From Macrostomum hystrix (lineage: Eukaryota > Animalia > Platyhelminthes), in contig CATNEN010000001.1 in NCBI GenBank assembly GCA_950097015.1, positions 26,164,001 to 26,228,000 of the forward strand: a DNA stretch of 64,000 nt. Reading direction: 5' to 3'. The notes under the pieces are model-generated. The model was not told the DNA's origin and ran no database searches. It saw nothing but the letters and a program-made list of their open reading frames with translations. A program made the position numbers and the translations under genes. The stretch's first letter is position 1; each line of letters starts with the position of its first letter. Shown here in pieces: positions 36,362-50,700 of the stretch.

Positions 36362-39300
36362 TCAGTCACTGGTGACCGTGATGGCTGGTAGCTGCTGCTG
36401 CTGTTGCGGAAACTCCATCAGGAACTCCACTGCTGAGGAGCCGTTGGACTGCTGGCAGTCGGAGCTGCCGCCGCTGCTGCTGCAGCCGCTGCTGACTGAC
36501 TCTGACAGGCTGAGCGACGGCACCGTGAAGAACGAGGCAGGCTGGATCACGTGACCGGGAAGAAATTGGCCGGCCGGGAAGGCCGTATGGCCCTGGCTCG
36601 TGGAGACAATGCAGCTGTAGAATCGTCCCGTACCGTCGCTGTACACCGGAGTGCCATAGTAGTCGGCAGCTCCGGCGTCGACTGCTGCCGCGGCTGCCGC
36701 TGCGGCTGCGGCTGCTGAGGCGGCTGCCGCCGCGGCTGCGTTGGCGTGTGCCGAGCTCACCGGAGTGAGGTGGGTAGGGAAGTACTGCGTCCCATAGAAG
36801 ACCTGGTCCAGCACCCAGTCCGTGGAGTTAAACGGCTCAAGCGCGATCACGTGATTCCTAGCCTCGATGTCAATGTAGATCTCGCCGATCATGTCCGAGA
36901 TGAGGTACAGCGTGGACCGGCGCTCCTGCTGCATGAGGCAGACGGTGGAGCTTTTTACCACTTCGTACAGGATCTGCAGGTACTGCACCCGCTGCTCCAG
37001 GTCGCGGTCCGAGGGAAAATGAGCGGCCAGGTAGGACTCCATCTTGGCTCGCTGCTTCTTCAGATCCGGGAAGTCGATGAAGAATCTGGAGCACATGTAC
37101 TTCTCCAGGTTGACGACGTCTACGCCCTGAGCGGGAAGGAAGCCGTCAACAAGTAGCTTGCAGTACTTCAGCAGGCCGCCTCCGCGAATCTCCTCCGGAT
37201 TCCTGGTGCTGATCTCCTTCTTCATGAGGTGACCGTAGGCCTCGACGAAGCTGCCGCTGACAGACTCGGCAATTACGGACGGATAGAGGTGCTCGCTGAT
37301 GACTGGCGGGTCGGACTTGACGCTGTAGAAAGTGCACAGCGAGTCCAGAATGATCTGGAAACTGTCGACCGTGAACTCGAACTTTCTGCGCATTTTATCG
37401 ACAAACTTCAGCTCGACTGTGAGGCCCTCCGGCTGGCTGGAATTGGCGTAGCCCAGGCTGATGAGGGACCAGCTGTCCGTGCTCTGAATCCGCACCAGCT
37501 TCCGCACGTAGCCCTCCATCATGTTGGAGTCGGAGCGGCCCCAGGCTGGGCCCGAACAGTGACGTCGCTTTAGAATCTCCTCGGAGCCGCTGGGCAGAAA
37601 GGAGTGCAGGCAGTCCAGCACGCACAACTTGATGCGGTCGACTGTGTCCGGCGCGCTCAGATCCACTCCAAACAACAGGTCTAGGTCATTGTACGACTGC
37701 ACCGAGTGCATTCCTGCGGGTGGTTTAAAGACAACATATCGCTCAGTTAGTGCTTTGATGCATGTAAAACTACTGTAATCCAAACAATAATACCGTGAAC
37801 TAAGGAAATCCCCGAGATGATACCATGAACTAGTGAAATCCCCGAGATGATACCATGAACTAGTGAAATCCCCGAGATGATACCATGAACTAGTGAAATC
37901 CCCGAGATGATACCATGAACTAGTGAAATCCTCGAGATGATACCATGAACTAGTGAAATCCTCGAGATGACACCATGAACTAGTGAAATCCTCGAGATGA
38001 TACCATAGACTAGTGAAATCCTCGAGATGATACCATGAACTAGTGAAATCCTCGAGATAATACCATGAACTAGTGAAATCCTCGAGATGATACCATGAAC
38101 TAGTGAAATCCTCGAGATGATACCATGAACTAGTGAAATCCTCGAGATGATGCCATGAACTAGTGAAATCCCCGAGATGATGCCATGAACTAGTGAAATC
38201 CCCGAGATGATACCATGAACTAGTGAAATCCTCGAGATGATACCGTGAACTAGTGAAATCCCCGAGATGATGCCATGAACTTGTGAAATCCCCGAGATGA
38301 TGCCATGAACTAGTGAAATCCTCGAGATGATGCCATGAACTAGTGAAATCCTCGAGATGATGCCATGAACTAGTGAAATCCTCGAGACGATGCCATGAAC
38401 TAGTGAAATCCTCGAGATGATACCATAGACTAGTGAAATCCTCGAGATGATACCATGAACTAGTGAAATCCTCGAGATGATACCGTGAACTAGTGAAATC
38501 CCCGAGATGATGCCATGAACTTGTGAAATCCCCGAGATGATGCCATCATGCCATGAACTAGTGAAATCCCCGAGATGATGCCATGAACTAGTGAAATCCT
38601 CGAGATGATACCATGAACTAGTGAAATCCCCGAGATGATGCCATGAACTAGTGAAATCCTCGAGATGATACCATGAACTAGTGAAATCCCCGAGATGATA
38701 CCATGAACTAGTGAAATCCTCGAGATGATGCCATGAACTAGTGAAATCCTCGAGATGATGCCATGAACTAGTGAAATCCTCGAGATGATGCCATGAACTA
38801 GTGAAATCCTCGAGATGATGCCATGAACTAGTGAAATCCTCGAGATGATGCCATGAACTAGTGAAATCCTCGAGACGATGCCATGAACTAGTGAAATCCT
38901 CGAGATGATACCATGAACTAGTGAAATCCTCGAGATGATACCGTGAACTAGTGAAATCCCCGAGATGATGCCATGAACTTGTGAAATCCCCGAGATGATG
39001 CCATCATGCCATGAACTAGTGAAATCCCCGAGATGATGCCATGAACTAGTGAAATCCTCGAGATGATACCATGAACTAGTGAAATCCTCGAGATGATGCC
39101 ATGAACTAGTGAAATCCTCGAGATGATGCCATGAACTAGTGAAATCCTCGAGATGATGCCATGAACTAGTGAAATCCTCGAGATGATGCCATGAACTAGT
39201 GAAATCCTCGAGATGATACCATGAACTAGTGAAATCCTCGAGATGATACCATGAACTAGTGAAATCCTCGAGATGATACCATGAACTAGTGAAATCCTCG

Positions 39301-42300
39301 AGATGATACCATGAACTAGTGAAATCCTCGAGATGATGCCATGAACTAGTGAAATCCTCGAGATGATACCATGAACTAGTGAAATCCTCGAGATGATACC
39401 ATGAACTAGTGAAATTCTCGAGATGATGCCATGAACTAGTGAAATCCTCGAGATGATACCATGAACTAGTGAAATCCTCGAGATGATACCATGAACTAGT
39501 GAAATCCCCGAGATGATACCATGAACTAGTGAAATCCTCGAGATAATACCATGAACTAGTGAAATCCCCGAGATGATACCATGAACTAGTGAAATCCTCG
39601 AGATAATACCATGAACTAGTGAAATCCCCGAGATGATACCATGAACTAGTGAAATTCTCGAGATGATGCCATGAACTTGTGAAATCCTCGAATTAATTTA
39701 TACAACCCAATGATATTTCTCTTAGTTGCTGACCTCGTGACAATCAGTTTTTCCAATCGTCTATTGTCCTGTTCTGTGTCCTAAAATATTCGTTTTCTCT
39801 CTGTGTAGCAGATTTCCTGTCTTTTGCTTTTTGCGTTTTTTATTCTTCAGAAAGTTGTTAACTGCAAGCTGCGCTGAGATTTCCAGGAAATTCTATTGTT
39901 CTTCGGTTTAGCCATCGAGGTGGCATTGTTAATTAACTTACCTGCCTGTCAGAATAGGCTGAGAATTACATTGAACCTGCCAAGCGCTACTTTTTTTATT
40001 TAAGACCCTTCCATCAAATTCGACCTGCCTGTCAAGATCGGCCTTAATTGACTAATTAAAATGAACGGCATGGTCTGCTTCGGACAGGCATTCGTTTGGT
40101 CTGACTGAATGGCAGACTATGAGTTTCCAAGGACATTGTAGCAGTTTCCCAGCACATGGACCTGCAGTAAAGACATTTGTTTGATTTTCTACTATTCTGA
40201 GAACCGGTTCAAACCGGTTCAGCTGTCTCCGAGTGCTGCACTCTCTCACGGCAGTAAAATTAAGGTGGGTGTCTTGCCTGCTGGCGAAAGAAGCAAATTA
40301 AAAAAATGGGCCAGGTGTTGAGTCCTATACTCTTGCAGCTTCTAAAACGAGGTGAACAAAAAATTAATCCCAACTGAGGTCGGCCTCGAATAACTCGATT
40401 CAATCAAAGTGAGAAACGGTAGACAAGGGCGCCTCGTTTCAGTTTCATGGCTGTCAAACTTGTCTCATTCAGCACACACCGCCATTCATCACGCGGCGGA
40501 TGAGAGAATGTACTTTTTATCGATGTGTAAGGAAAAACTTTTTTCGCCAAAATAAGAACTCTAAAAATAGCTGCGGCGCGGCAACAACGCCCACCCCAAC
40601 TCCGCTAAAGTCCAAGCTGAATACTCATGTGAGTATGCTGAGTAGTCCAGTGAATGGCCGGATGAGTGCTGCTGCTCAGAGGGTGTGGGACAGAGTGGGG
40701 GAGGAATGGGAATATAAGAATGGGATCGGGAACTTGCTTTGGAGGCAGAGTGGGACGAGAGCTTGTCACATGATCTCCTTTACTTCTCTCTCCTTCCCTG
40801 TTTCCCTAGCCCACTGCCCTGTATGGTAGAACTGGATTAAATTAACTACGAGTGGGGTGGGGCAGAGCTCTATTTTTAAATATTTTGGCACGGTTGCCGT
40901 GGATTCAGGTGATGGTACTTTGCCTGAATGAATGAATTAAACAAAAGAAACAGATCCTTTGCTTGGGGATTAACTGATGAAATCATCCAATCCGATGGCG
41001 CCCTTGAAGAGAAGTCGTTTAAGTGAATTTAGCATGTTAGTTGAATTATTAATTAGTCTATAAGCATACACCTGTTCAAATGACGTCAATACATTGAGTG
41101 CACTCCATGCAGCCCCTGCAGAAAGGCATCTGAACCCCAGCCTGGTTTAATTGCGTCAGTTTTATAAAACCGAATAAAAGTGCACCATAGAAGATCCGCG
41201 ACTCGCGTGAGACGGGAGAATGAATAATTTATTTAAAAATTCACTATGACTGCTAAATACCTCAGCGACATTCTTGAAATTCTTGTACCACAGCCTCGCA
41301 ATGATCCCGGGATTATCGATAAGACAGGAAACTAAACAGACAATGAGTGCCAGTTGGAGACTAGAAATTGTCGCGGCTTGTGCTGCAGGTTGCTAACAAC
41401 AAACACTGAGACTATGCAAAACAGACTCACTTTATTAACCTGAGTTCTACACACTGACTGTTCTAATGCACCTGCATCAACTCTTCTCGTTCTTCGTCCA
41501 TTTTGTAAAACTTTCTGACTTCATCATTCCAGATTTGCCCTTGTAAAAGAAGCGCTAAAGTACATTGCAGCTAGATCAGCTACGGGTGTCTGCACTTTCA
41601 TGCTAAACTAATGAAGCCAATCTTGGTTAGAATTGACAGGGTTGATTGTATATGGGCCTGCCATTGTCTTAATTATGGCTGAATAATGGTCCAATCCACC
41701 CACCAGATTGCAGATGCTGGCGAAATTTGCGCATTTTTAGTCCTTTTACAGTGCAAAACAATTTTTCTGGGAATGGGGAAGGAATTCATGGAATTTGGAT
41801 TGATGCTCGCTGAATAAAATAGATACAGAAAATCTCCCATCTCTCATCTCTCATCCCCCATCTCGGTGACGTAGCCAGGATACAAAGTATTTGTGTTAGA
41901 GAGGCCGTGCCTTTTGGGGGCACCACTACCAAGGAGGGCGCCACTACCAAGGAGGGCGCCACTACCAGGGGGGGCGCCACTATCAGGGGGGACGCCACTA
42001 CCAGGGGGGACGCCACTACCAGGGGGGACGCCACTACCAGGGGGGACGCCACTACCAGGGGGGACGCCACTACCAGGGGGGCGCCACTACCAGGGGGGAC
42101 GCCACTACCAGGGGGGACGCCACTACCAGGGGGGCGCCACTACCAGGGGGGCGCCACTACCAGGGGGGCGCCACTACTAGTACTATTGGGCGCCACATAG
42201 TTTCGTCAGCCGATTAGGGGGGCCGCAGACCCCCTTGACCCCCCTAGCTACACCCCTGTCCCATCTGCCCTCTCGTCTACCCCCCTCATTTCAAATGCCG

Positions 42301-42610
42301 CGCAATTCCAAGAATCCACGCAAAAAATCCTCTCACCGATGATGAAGCTGGCGCTGCTGCCGTTCAGCCTGACGTCGCGCACCGCCACACCCTCGGCCTC
42401 GATTCTGGCGCGCACCCGGGACACCAGGTCGCGCAGGGTTAGGCGCAGGGTCGGATACGGGCCGCGGCCCTGAATGCTGATCTCTCGCTGCATGAACTCG
42501 TGCAGCAGTTGCACCTGCTCATAACAGAGCACACTGTAGCGATTGTTGATGGCCACTGCCTCCACCGCCTCCGTCGCTGACTCCACAACCTCGACGACCG
42601 ACTCCTTCAT
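36362..42610 (-). CDS. TENT5: Terminal nucleotidyltransferase 5 / FAM46 non-canonical poly(A) polymerase (exons 42610-42337 and 37713-36362; 541 aa)
   Basis: RYSVLCYEQV..IQGRGPYPTL..VRDVRLNGSSASFII|G..YNDLDLLF..DSWSLISL..VELKFVDKMRRKFEFTVDSFQIILD..PEEIRGGGLLKYC..YMCSRFFIDF; phase-1 GT-AG intron. Confidence 0.96.
37790..39690. repeat. Minisatellite, 30-bp unit TACCATGAACTAGTGAAATCCTCGAGATGA (TENT5 intron)
   Basis: About 63 tandem copies. Confidence 0.97.
41915..42180. repeat. Minisatellite, ~18-bp unit GCCACTACCAGGGGGGAC (TENT5 intron)
   Basis: Tandem copies. Confidence 0.93.
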
Positions 42611-43346
42611 GAGTGTCTGACCGCTGATGGAAGCCAGGATTTCAGATCGAATTTCTCAATGCCTTAGCGAGGGTGACTAGATTGCTTGAGCTGTCGCCAA
42701 CCCAGTGGGGTGGATTTTGCCAATCGCTTTTTTATTAAAAACTGGGAACAGACAGCCCGCTCCGCTTCCCTGCTCACTCGATCTCGTCCAACCCCGAAAG
42801 CACCGTCCCTCCTCCTCCCGTCTCTGTTTACCTTCTCGGCTGTACTGCTGGTAGCTCATGCAGTAAGGAGGATATTTTTAGCCCAGCCACTCGACAGTCC
42901 GACTCCCAGCCTTTTCCGGACCAATCCCAGGCGCTCCCAGTTCTCCTTCTCTTCATTCTTTTCTTTTTAGTTAGGTCTCCGACTCTGCGACTAGGGCTGG
43001 GCCACCCGCAGTCACTCACTCGCTCGTCACTCGCTCATTCACCAGCGTGACCAAACAGAAGACGGTCTGAGCCTCGGCCTCGTTCCGCCCGCCACCCACG
43101 CATTTTCCCCCTGCCCGCTACCCCTCCCCCTACAGCCACCCCCGTCCTCCTTTCCGCCCGGAGCTTATCGATCCATCTCACATTTCGGCCCGAGTGGATA
43201 GGCGGGAGCGGCAGCCACCCCTCCGCAGCTCTGACTCTAGTTGCATATTTTTCGAAAGCACACTCACACATGCCTCGCTTATGCTAGTGAATACGCATGA
43301 ATTGCATGCTAATGAATTTTGAAATCGTAAATAACTTTTTTTTCTA

Positions 43347-43669
43347 CGAGGGGTGTCCCAAAAGTGGTGTCACTTTTGAATTCTGCCATGTATCGGGAAG
43401 TAATTCTCAAAATAATTCGCATATGGAAAGCAAGCGGTAGCGCTCTTTTGTAGAAAATATATTTTTCAAATTTTCGTCTCAGTCTTAGCAGGGTGGACTT
43501 GTTTGAGAACCTTTAGACATAGAAATACACACAGCACAGTTACAATGCGCTCGCTAGCAAAAACCTCGAGAGGCACAGCGAATGCAGAACTTTGCAAAGC
43601 AAAAAAAGCAAAAAAAATATTTTGCAAGATGAGTTTAAAAGGCAAAAGTACTTTTGGGACACCCCCTTG
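43347..43669. mobile_element. Tc1/mariner-type MITE with TA target duplication
   Basis: TA|CGAGGGGTGTCCCAAAAGT ... ACTTTTGGGACACCCCCTTG|TA. Confidence 0.8.
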
Positions 43670-43674
43670 TATTC

Positions 43675-44960
43675 AAACTGGCCAGCTCAAAGAGTGGAAG
43701 CTTATCTAGGGAACTGGCTAGCTCAAAGAGTGGAAGCTTATCTAGGGAACTGGCCAGCTCAATGAGTGGAAGCTTATCTAGGGAACTGGCTAGCTCAAAG
43801 AGGGGAAGCTTATCTATCGAACTGGCCAGCTCAAAGTGGGGAAGCTTATCTAGGGAACTGGCCAGCTCAAAGAGTGGAAGCTTATCTATCGAACTGGCCA
43901 GCTCAAAGAGTGGAAGCTTATCTAGGTAACTGGCCAGCTCAAAGAGTGGTAGCTTATCTAGGGAACTGGCCAGCTCAAAGAGTGGAAGCTTATCTAGGGA
44001 ACTGGCTAGCTCAAAGAGTGGTAGCTTATCTAGGGAACTGGCTAGCTCAAAGAGGGGAAGCTTATCTAGGGAACTGGCTAGCTCAAAGAGTGGTAGCTTA
44101 TCTAGGGAACTGGCTAGCTCAAAGAGTGGTAGCTTATCTAGGGAACTGGCCAGCTCAAAGAGTGGAAGCTTATCTAGGTAACTGGCCAGCTCAAAGAGTG
44201 GTAGCTTATCTAGGGAACTGGCCAGCTCAAAGAGGGGAAGCTTATCTATCGAACTGGCTAGCTCAAAGAGGGGAAGCTTATCTAGGGAACTGGCTAGCTC
44301 AAAGAGTGGTAGCTTATCTAGGGAACTGGCTAGCTCAAAGAGGGGAAGCTTATCTATCGAACTGGCTAGCTCAAAGAGGGGAAGCTTATCTAGGTAACTG
44401 GCTAGCTCAAAGAGGGGAAGCTTATCTAGGGAACTGGCTAGCTCAAAGAGTGGAAGCTTATCTAGGGAACTGGCCAGCTCAAAGAGGGGAAGCTTATCTA
44501 GGGAACTGGCCAGCTCAATGAGGGGAAGCTTATCTATCGAACTGGCTAGCTCAAAGAGTGGAAGCTTATCTAGGGAACTGGTCAGCTCAATGAGGGGAAG
44601 CTTATCTAGGGAACTGGCCAGCTCAAAGAGGGGAAGCTTATCTACGGAACTGGCCAGCTCAAAGAGTGGAAGCTTATCTAGGGAACTGGCTAGCTCAAAG
44701 AGTGGAAGCTTATCTAGGGAACTGGCTAGCTCAAAGAGGGGAAGCTTATCTAGGGAACTGGCTAGCTCAATGAGGGGAAGCTTATCTAGGGAACTGGCTA
44801 GCTCAAAGAGTGGAAGCTTATCCAGGGAACTGGCTAGCTCAAAGAGGGGAAGCTTATCTAGGGAACTGGCTAGCTCAATGAGGGGAAGCTTATCTAGGGA
44901 ACTGGCTAGCTCAATGAGGGGAAGCTTATCTAGGGAATTTGCTTGCTAAAGAGGGGAAGC
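43675..44960. repeat. Minisatellite, 36-bp unit AACTGGCCAGCTCAAAGAGTGGAAGCTTATCTAGGG
   Basis: About 35 tandem copies directly after the MITE. Confidence 0.97.
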
Positions 44961-45419
44961 TTCTTAGAATCTAAGGCCCTCTAAAAAGAGAAGTCAACCA
45001 GCAAAAGGTATGGCTTTAAGTCGTCCTGCTATCCGAGCAAGATGTGGGTCACTACCACGCACCCTGCAGACAGCCCGGCCGCCCCCATCATCCGCCCACT
45101 CCCACGGCACCTGATGGCAATTCGAGTGATCAGTTGAGCAGCTGAAATTAAGACTGCATCGACTTTCACTTTTCTCTTTGTGACTTAGCTCTATTTTGAT
45201 CTAACCATGTCTGTCTAGTATGTCTATTTTTTTCCAAGGCTGGGCAGACACATTGGTACAGATCTAATTTGTCTGCGTTACGCGAAAATTGATCTTACAG
45301 ACGCAGATGCCTGGCTGGCAATGAAGAGGCTTGGAGATTAAGAGCGGCTAAAAGTACAACTAGTCTCCATGTGGAGCAGTTCAGCATGAACTGCTTTACA
45401 ATTCTGTCAAGCAGACAAA

Positions 45420-45590
45420 CTGTCTAACACCATCTGCCACTGTCTAATAATATCTAACATTGTCTAACACTATTTAACACTGTCTAACACTATTTAACAC
45501 TTCCTAACATTATCTGCCACTATCTAACACCATCTGCCACTGTCTAACACTAATCTAACACTGTCTAACACTGTCTAATATCTAACTAGC
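45420..45590. repeat. Degenerate short tandem repeat TGTCTAACAC
   Basis: ~10-bp periodicity. Confidence 0.75.
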
Positions 45591-47722
45591 TGCTTGTCAC
45601 TAGCAGCTTTGCCTTGAAAGCCTTGAACGTGTTATTTGCTTCGAAGTTTTGCAACATTCTTAGAGAAAAATGTATGTAAAAATGAGCCTTTATATCCGAG
45701 TTTCTCAGTTTTGTCTACTAGCGTGCGTACGAAATGCTAAAGAGCAGACAGACAGACAGCCTGTAGACAACACGGGCTTCATTTGCGTACGCGCGACGCG
45801 AGTGCAGACGAAAACAAGCAGCTGCAGCGCGTGTTTCGCAACAGAGGCCGATTGCCGATGTACTTTAGTGTCTGTTTTTTTGCCTAGCCAAACAGCAAAG
45901 ATTCTTCATTATTTCATTCTCTACCGTAGCTTGTCTATTTAGCAGTTTTAAGGAGCACAGCACAAACGCAGATTTCTTCTGTGCTGAATACTGATTACTG
46001 AATTGGCCAAGACTCAGAATCAAGAGCAAACAGAGTTTCGTATGTATGTTTTTTTATTCTCGGACCGATAGTTTTTTATTCCATAATCCATATACGTACG
46101 AACACGTTTTTTAATTTAATATATCTTTTAAGTACTAAAAAATGGCGTCTATTAGATCATTTCAAAAATTCAAATGAAAGCTGCTGGGTGTTTTAATACT
46201 TGTTGCAGAGTGCACGTGCTGATATTTCACTGAGGCACCATAATGAATAAATTTTAGTGGGGTCGACTACTCTTATGAAGCTCCCATGCTTAATATTACA
46301 AAAATAGTGACGACTGACTATAAGCTATGCCAATATCGGTACGGATGCCAGAATTACAATCATGCATAATACAACTATGATGTACGCCACATCAATTTTC
46401 AGAAACATTAAGAAATAACTGCTTTAAACACGAAACCATTTGCCATACAGCTAACAAAACGAGCGCGGTTGTGATAAATTCGTGGATAAAAAGTTCATTT
46501 TGATATATCCACTATCGTTACTTATTATATATATATATATATTACACTTTCTTATAATTATATAGTTTTTTCATCAGAACCGAAGTAAATATTTGTTAAA
46601 ACAAAGACAATTTTTTTGAGCGAACTCAAAATAAGGTCTAGTTATCGCATCGTGCAGTCAGATCGTCACGATACTTTCCCTAGCTGACACGTGCTTGGTA
46701 GTCACCACGTCACAAAACCGAAAGTATTTTATTTTAGCTTTGGATTGCCACTATCACATTACTTAGTTATTCTAAACTACGAATAATTATTATTCTTAAA
46801 TACTAAAATATGATTATAAACATATTCCTTAGCTTATATCATAGTTACTTTATATTTTAGTTTGTATCATACTCATTCATAGTTAGTTTACATTTATGCT
46901 AATTTCTTGTTTGTGCCTCTAGGCCTAGTAGTAAGTGAGGAAAACAAATGGTTACACATTTATGTAAAATAACTTTTTAGGAACCTTCATAAGTGCTATT
47001 TAAAAATTAACATAAAAAGTAGTTATATATATATATCTCATTCAAAGGTTCAGGCAACCTTTTGCTTGGATCATTCCTGAAAAACATTATACACGATGGG
47101 GGATTTACTTCAATGGCACAATTAGCTACACTAGTTGCACCATTAGTTAAATTCATCATACCATTATTAAAAATAGCCATCATTTATAAACTAAGATATC
47201 AAAATTATGCTGATGCTCTAGATAGACTCCAAATTTTTTCGACCTGAAAAAAATTACCCAAAATGCTAAATGTTGATCCTAATCTTATCAAATAAGGATG
47301 ATCAAATATAGGACAGTTGATGTAAAAGTGATGTATTAAAACCTAATATTACTATTCTTTGATGCACAACAAATAATGCTTTATTACTTTAATTTTTACT
47401 TTATTAGTTTATTTTTATTAGTTTATTAGTTTAATTTTTAGCTTTGTGTCTAACCAGTACAAATTGTTGCAGAATGTAACAAGAGTTTGCTACACTTTTT
47501 GGTCATACTTTGCGGATTTAGTTCCTGTAAGTCCACTAAAATTGATTAAATCTAGAGAGTATAAATTGACTTCTCTCTATTATAGAATTCTTAAATTTAA
47601 GCACAAAATGCTTAATACCATTATGTTTATATACCATTGTAAAAGTTGCACTACTAGAAGAATTCAGTTTGCATCAGGCAAGCTTGCTCAGCACAGTTCA
47701 CTATAATTGATTTCAGTGTCCA

Positions 47723-50700
47723 ATGGCAGCCGCAACTGTTCTGAACACTTCTGGTACCCAGGGCGCACCATTCTCACCAATCACCTTGTTTGAGTGCACC
47801 ATTAGCAATGCCAGCATGCTAGTTGACAGCATGCCTGTTCGTGACCTTATGACCGCGTTTCGAATTGTTTCCCAGCTCAATAGCCACCTGGTTGAAGTTA
47901 TGGATCCCCAGCTGCACCGCCTAGCTGATAGTCACGATCATCAGCAGCAGCATCAGCAGCAGCATCAGCAGTTGGTTACCCAGCAGCTCCCGCCGCCGCT
48001 GCCCTCGGTTTCGATGCCCAACTTGCACCAGCGACTGACCAAGGCTGAGCTGAAACGCGAAGCCGCAGCAGCTGCTGCCGCCGCTGCAGCCGCAGCCGCC
48101 GCTGCCGCCGAAGCCTCGGACGAAGAAGGCATGATTGACGACGAGTTCGGCATCAGCGGGGCCGATTTGAGCGCTGACCACAGTGACTTGATTGGCGTGG
48201 TGGGCTCCAGCTCGATGCTCGCTTCCTACCAGCCCATTCCGCCGTCAAAGCGTCCCCGCGGTCCGGATCAAGCTTCCGCCGATGAGCTGTCTACCGAGTG
48301 GAAGGTGAGAGCCTTCCCTGAAGTTTCACTTCCCTGAAGTTTCACTTCCCTGAAGTTTCACTTCCCTGAAGTTTCACTTCCCTGAAGTTTCACTTCCCTG
48401 AAGTTTCACTTCCCTGAAGTTTCACTTCCCTGAAGTTTCACTTCTCTGAAGTTTCACTTCCCTGAAGTTTCACTTCCCTGAAGTTTCACTTCCCTGAAGT
48501 TTCACTTCCCTGAAGTTTCACTTCCCTGAAGTTTCACTTCCCTGAAGTTTCACTTCCCTGAAGTTTCACTTCCCTGAAGTTTCACTTCCCTGAAGTTTCA
48601 CTTCTCTGAAGTTTCACTTCCCTGAAGTTTCACTTCCCTGAAGTTTCACGTCCCTGAAGTTTCACTTCCCTGAAGTTTCACTTCCCTGAAGTTTCACTTC
48701 CCTGAAGTTTCACTTCCCTGAAGTTTCACTTCCCTGAAAGTATTTAGGAACTTCCATAACATTACAACACTTTCGTCATTTATAGCTATATCTTACTCTG
48801 GTAATTCTCTTTCATTATTTTGCCTTCACACATTCATTGCCTGGTTGAACATAAAATTTGTGACGCAATTTCCAAACCCAGTTCTCCTCAGTCCTCATTT
48901 TATTCCATTCGATATCAAACTCAAATCGGTCATTATCGCTGACGCAACTCGATAATAAGCTCTAGAATTAGTCTATTTTGTTTTTCTCAAACACAGATAT
49001 TTCTCATTCTCAACAGGGTAAAATAATATCAAGGAGAAAGAAGGTATTGGGACTAGAACGAGAGAAACAGGGCCGGGACTGGAGGGAAGGGCCTCCCGCC
49101 GCTCTCTCACTAGCGGGGGTGAGAATGAGTCACTCTCTAGCACAAGTCTAGCACAGGAGAGGGGGAGAGAAGAGGAGAGACCCGGGCAGGGGGGAGGGAG
49201 AGAGAGAAAGAGAGCGATAGTCAGGAATAGATTTTGCAGGGCGGGTGGGGTTCTAGTGTGCCAGGCAGAGCAGAGACTGAGACGGCCTAAGAGAGTAGAG
49301 AGACGCAGAGCTGTATCCTGCATGGTCCCACCCAAACAGAGTAGAGAGAAAGAGAGAGAGAGCACTAGATCTGCACTGCAGAGAGATAGGACCGCTGAGT
49401 GAGCGCGCAGCTGTGGAAGCTCTCTCTGTGTCTGTCTGCTTCAATCTTTCTCATTAGTTTACTGGATTTTTGTGTTCTGTTGGCTATGACTTTCTCTTTT
49501 TTGTTATCACTATTGTGTCAGCTGGGACATAAGGGTGTCAGTAGGGACATAAGAGTGTCAGCAGGGACACAAGGGTGTCAGTAGTTAGGGACATAAGAGT
49601 GTCAGCAGGGACACAAGGGTGTCAGTAGTTAGGGACATAAGAGTGTCAGCAGGGGCACAAGGGTGTCAGTAGTTAGGGACATAAGAGTGTCAGCAGGGAC
49701 ATAAGAGTGTCAGCAGGGACATAAGAGTGTCAGCAGGGACACAAGGGTGTCAGCAGGGACATAAGAGTGTCAGCAGGGACACAAGGGTGTCAGTAGTTAG
49801 GGACATAAGAGTGTCAGCAGGGACACAAGGGTGTCAGTAGTTAGGGACATAAGAGTGTCAGCAGGGACATAAGAGTGTCAGCAGGGACATAAGAGTGTCA
49901 GCAGGGACACAAGGGTGTCAGTAGTTAGGGACATAAGAGTGTCAGCAGGGACATAAGGGTGTCAGTAGTTAGTGACATAAGAGTGTCAGCAGGGACACAA
50001 GGGTATCAGTAGTTAGTGACATAAGAGTGTCAGCAGGGACACAAGGGTGTCAGTAGTTAGTGACATAAGAGTGTCAGCAGGGACACAAGGGTATCAGTAG
50101 TTAGTGACATAAGAGTGTCAGCAGGGACACAAGGGTGTCAGTAGTTAGTGACATAAGAGTGTCAGCAGGGACACAAGGGTGTCAGTAGTTAGTGACATAA
50201 GAGTGTCAGCAGGGACATAAGGGTGTCAGTAGTTAGTGACATAAGAGTGTCAGCAGGGACACAAGGGTATCAGTAGTTAGTGACATAAGAGTGTCAGCAG
50301 GGACACAAGGGTGTCAGTAGTTAGTGACATAAGAGTGTCAGCAGGGACACAAGGGTATCAGTAGTTAGTGACATAAGAGTGTCAGCAGGGACATAAGGGT
50401 GTCAGTAGTTAGTGACATAAGAGTGTCAGTAGGGACTTAAGGGTGTCAGCAGTGACATTGGGTGTGACACATACAATGAAAGGGCTGCGATTTTTGCCCA
50501 ACGGAAGCTTTCATTAGCAGAAGGAAGTCATTCAGTCATACAAACTGAGATGTAGCGAGGATCGACAAAAAAGCGAAATAAGTAACACAACAAATGGAAT
50601 ATGAGACACAGAGACCTTAGGGGGAGACTAGAAATAAGAGATCTATAGATTGGGACCATTACTTTGCTAGGGCCAAAGCTAACTGAGGGGATAGACAGAC

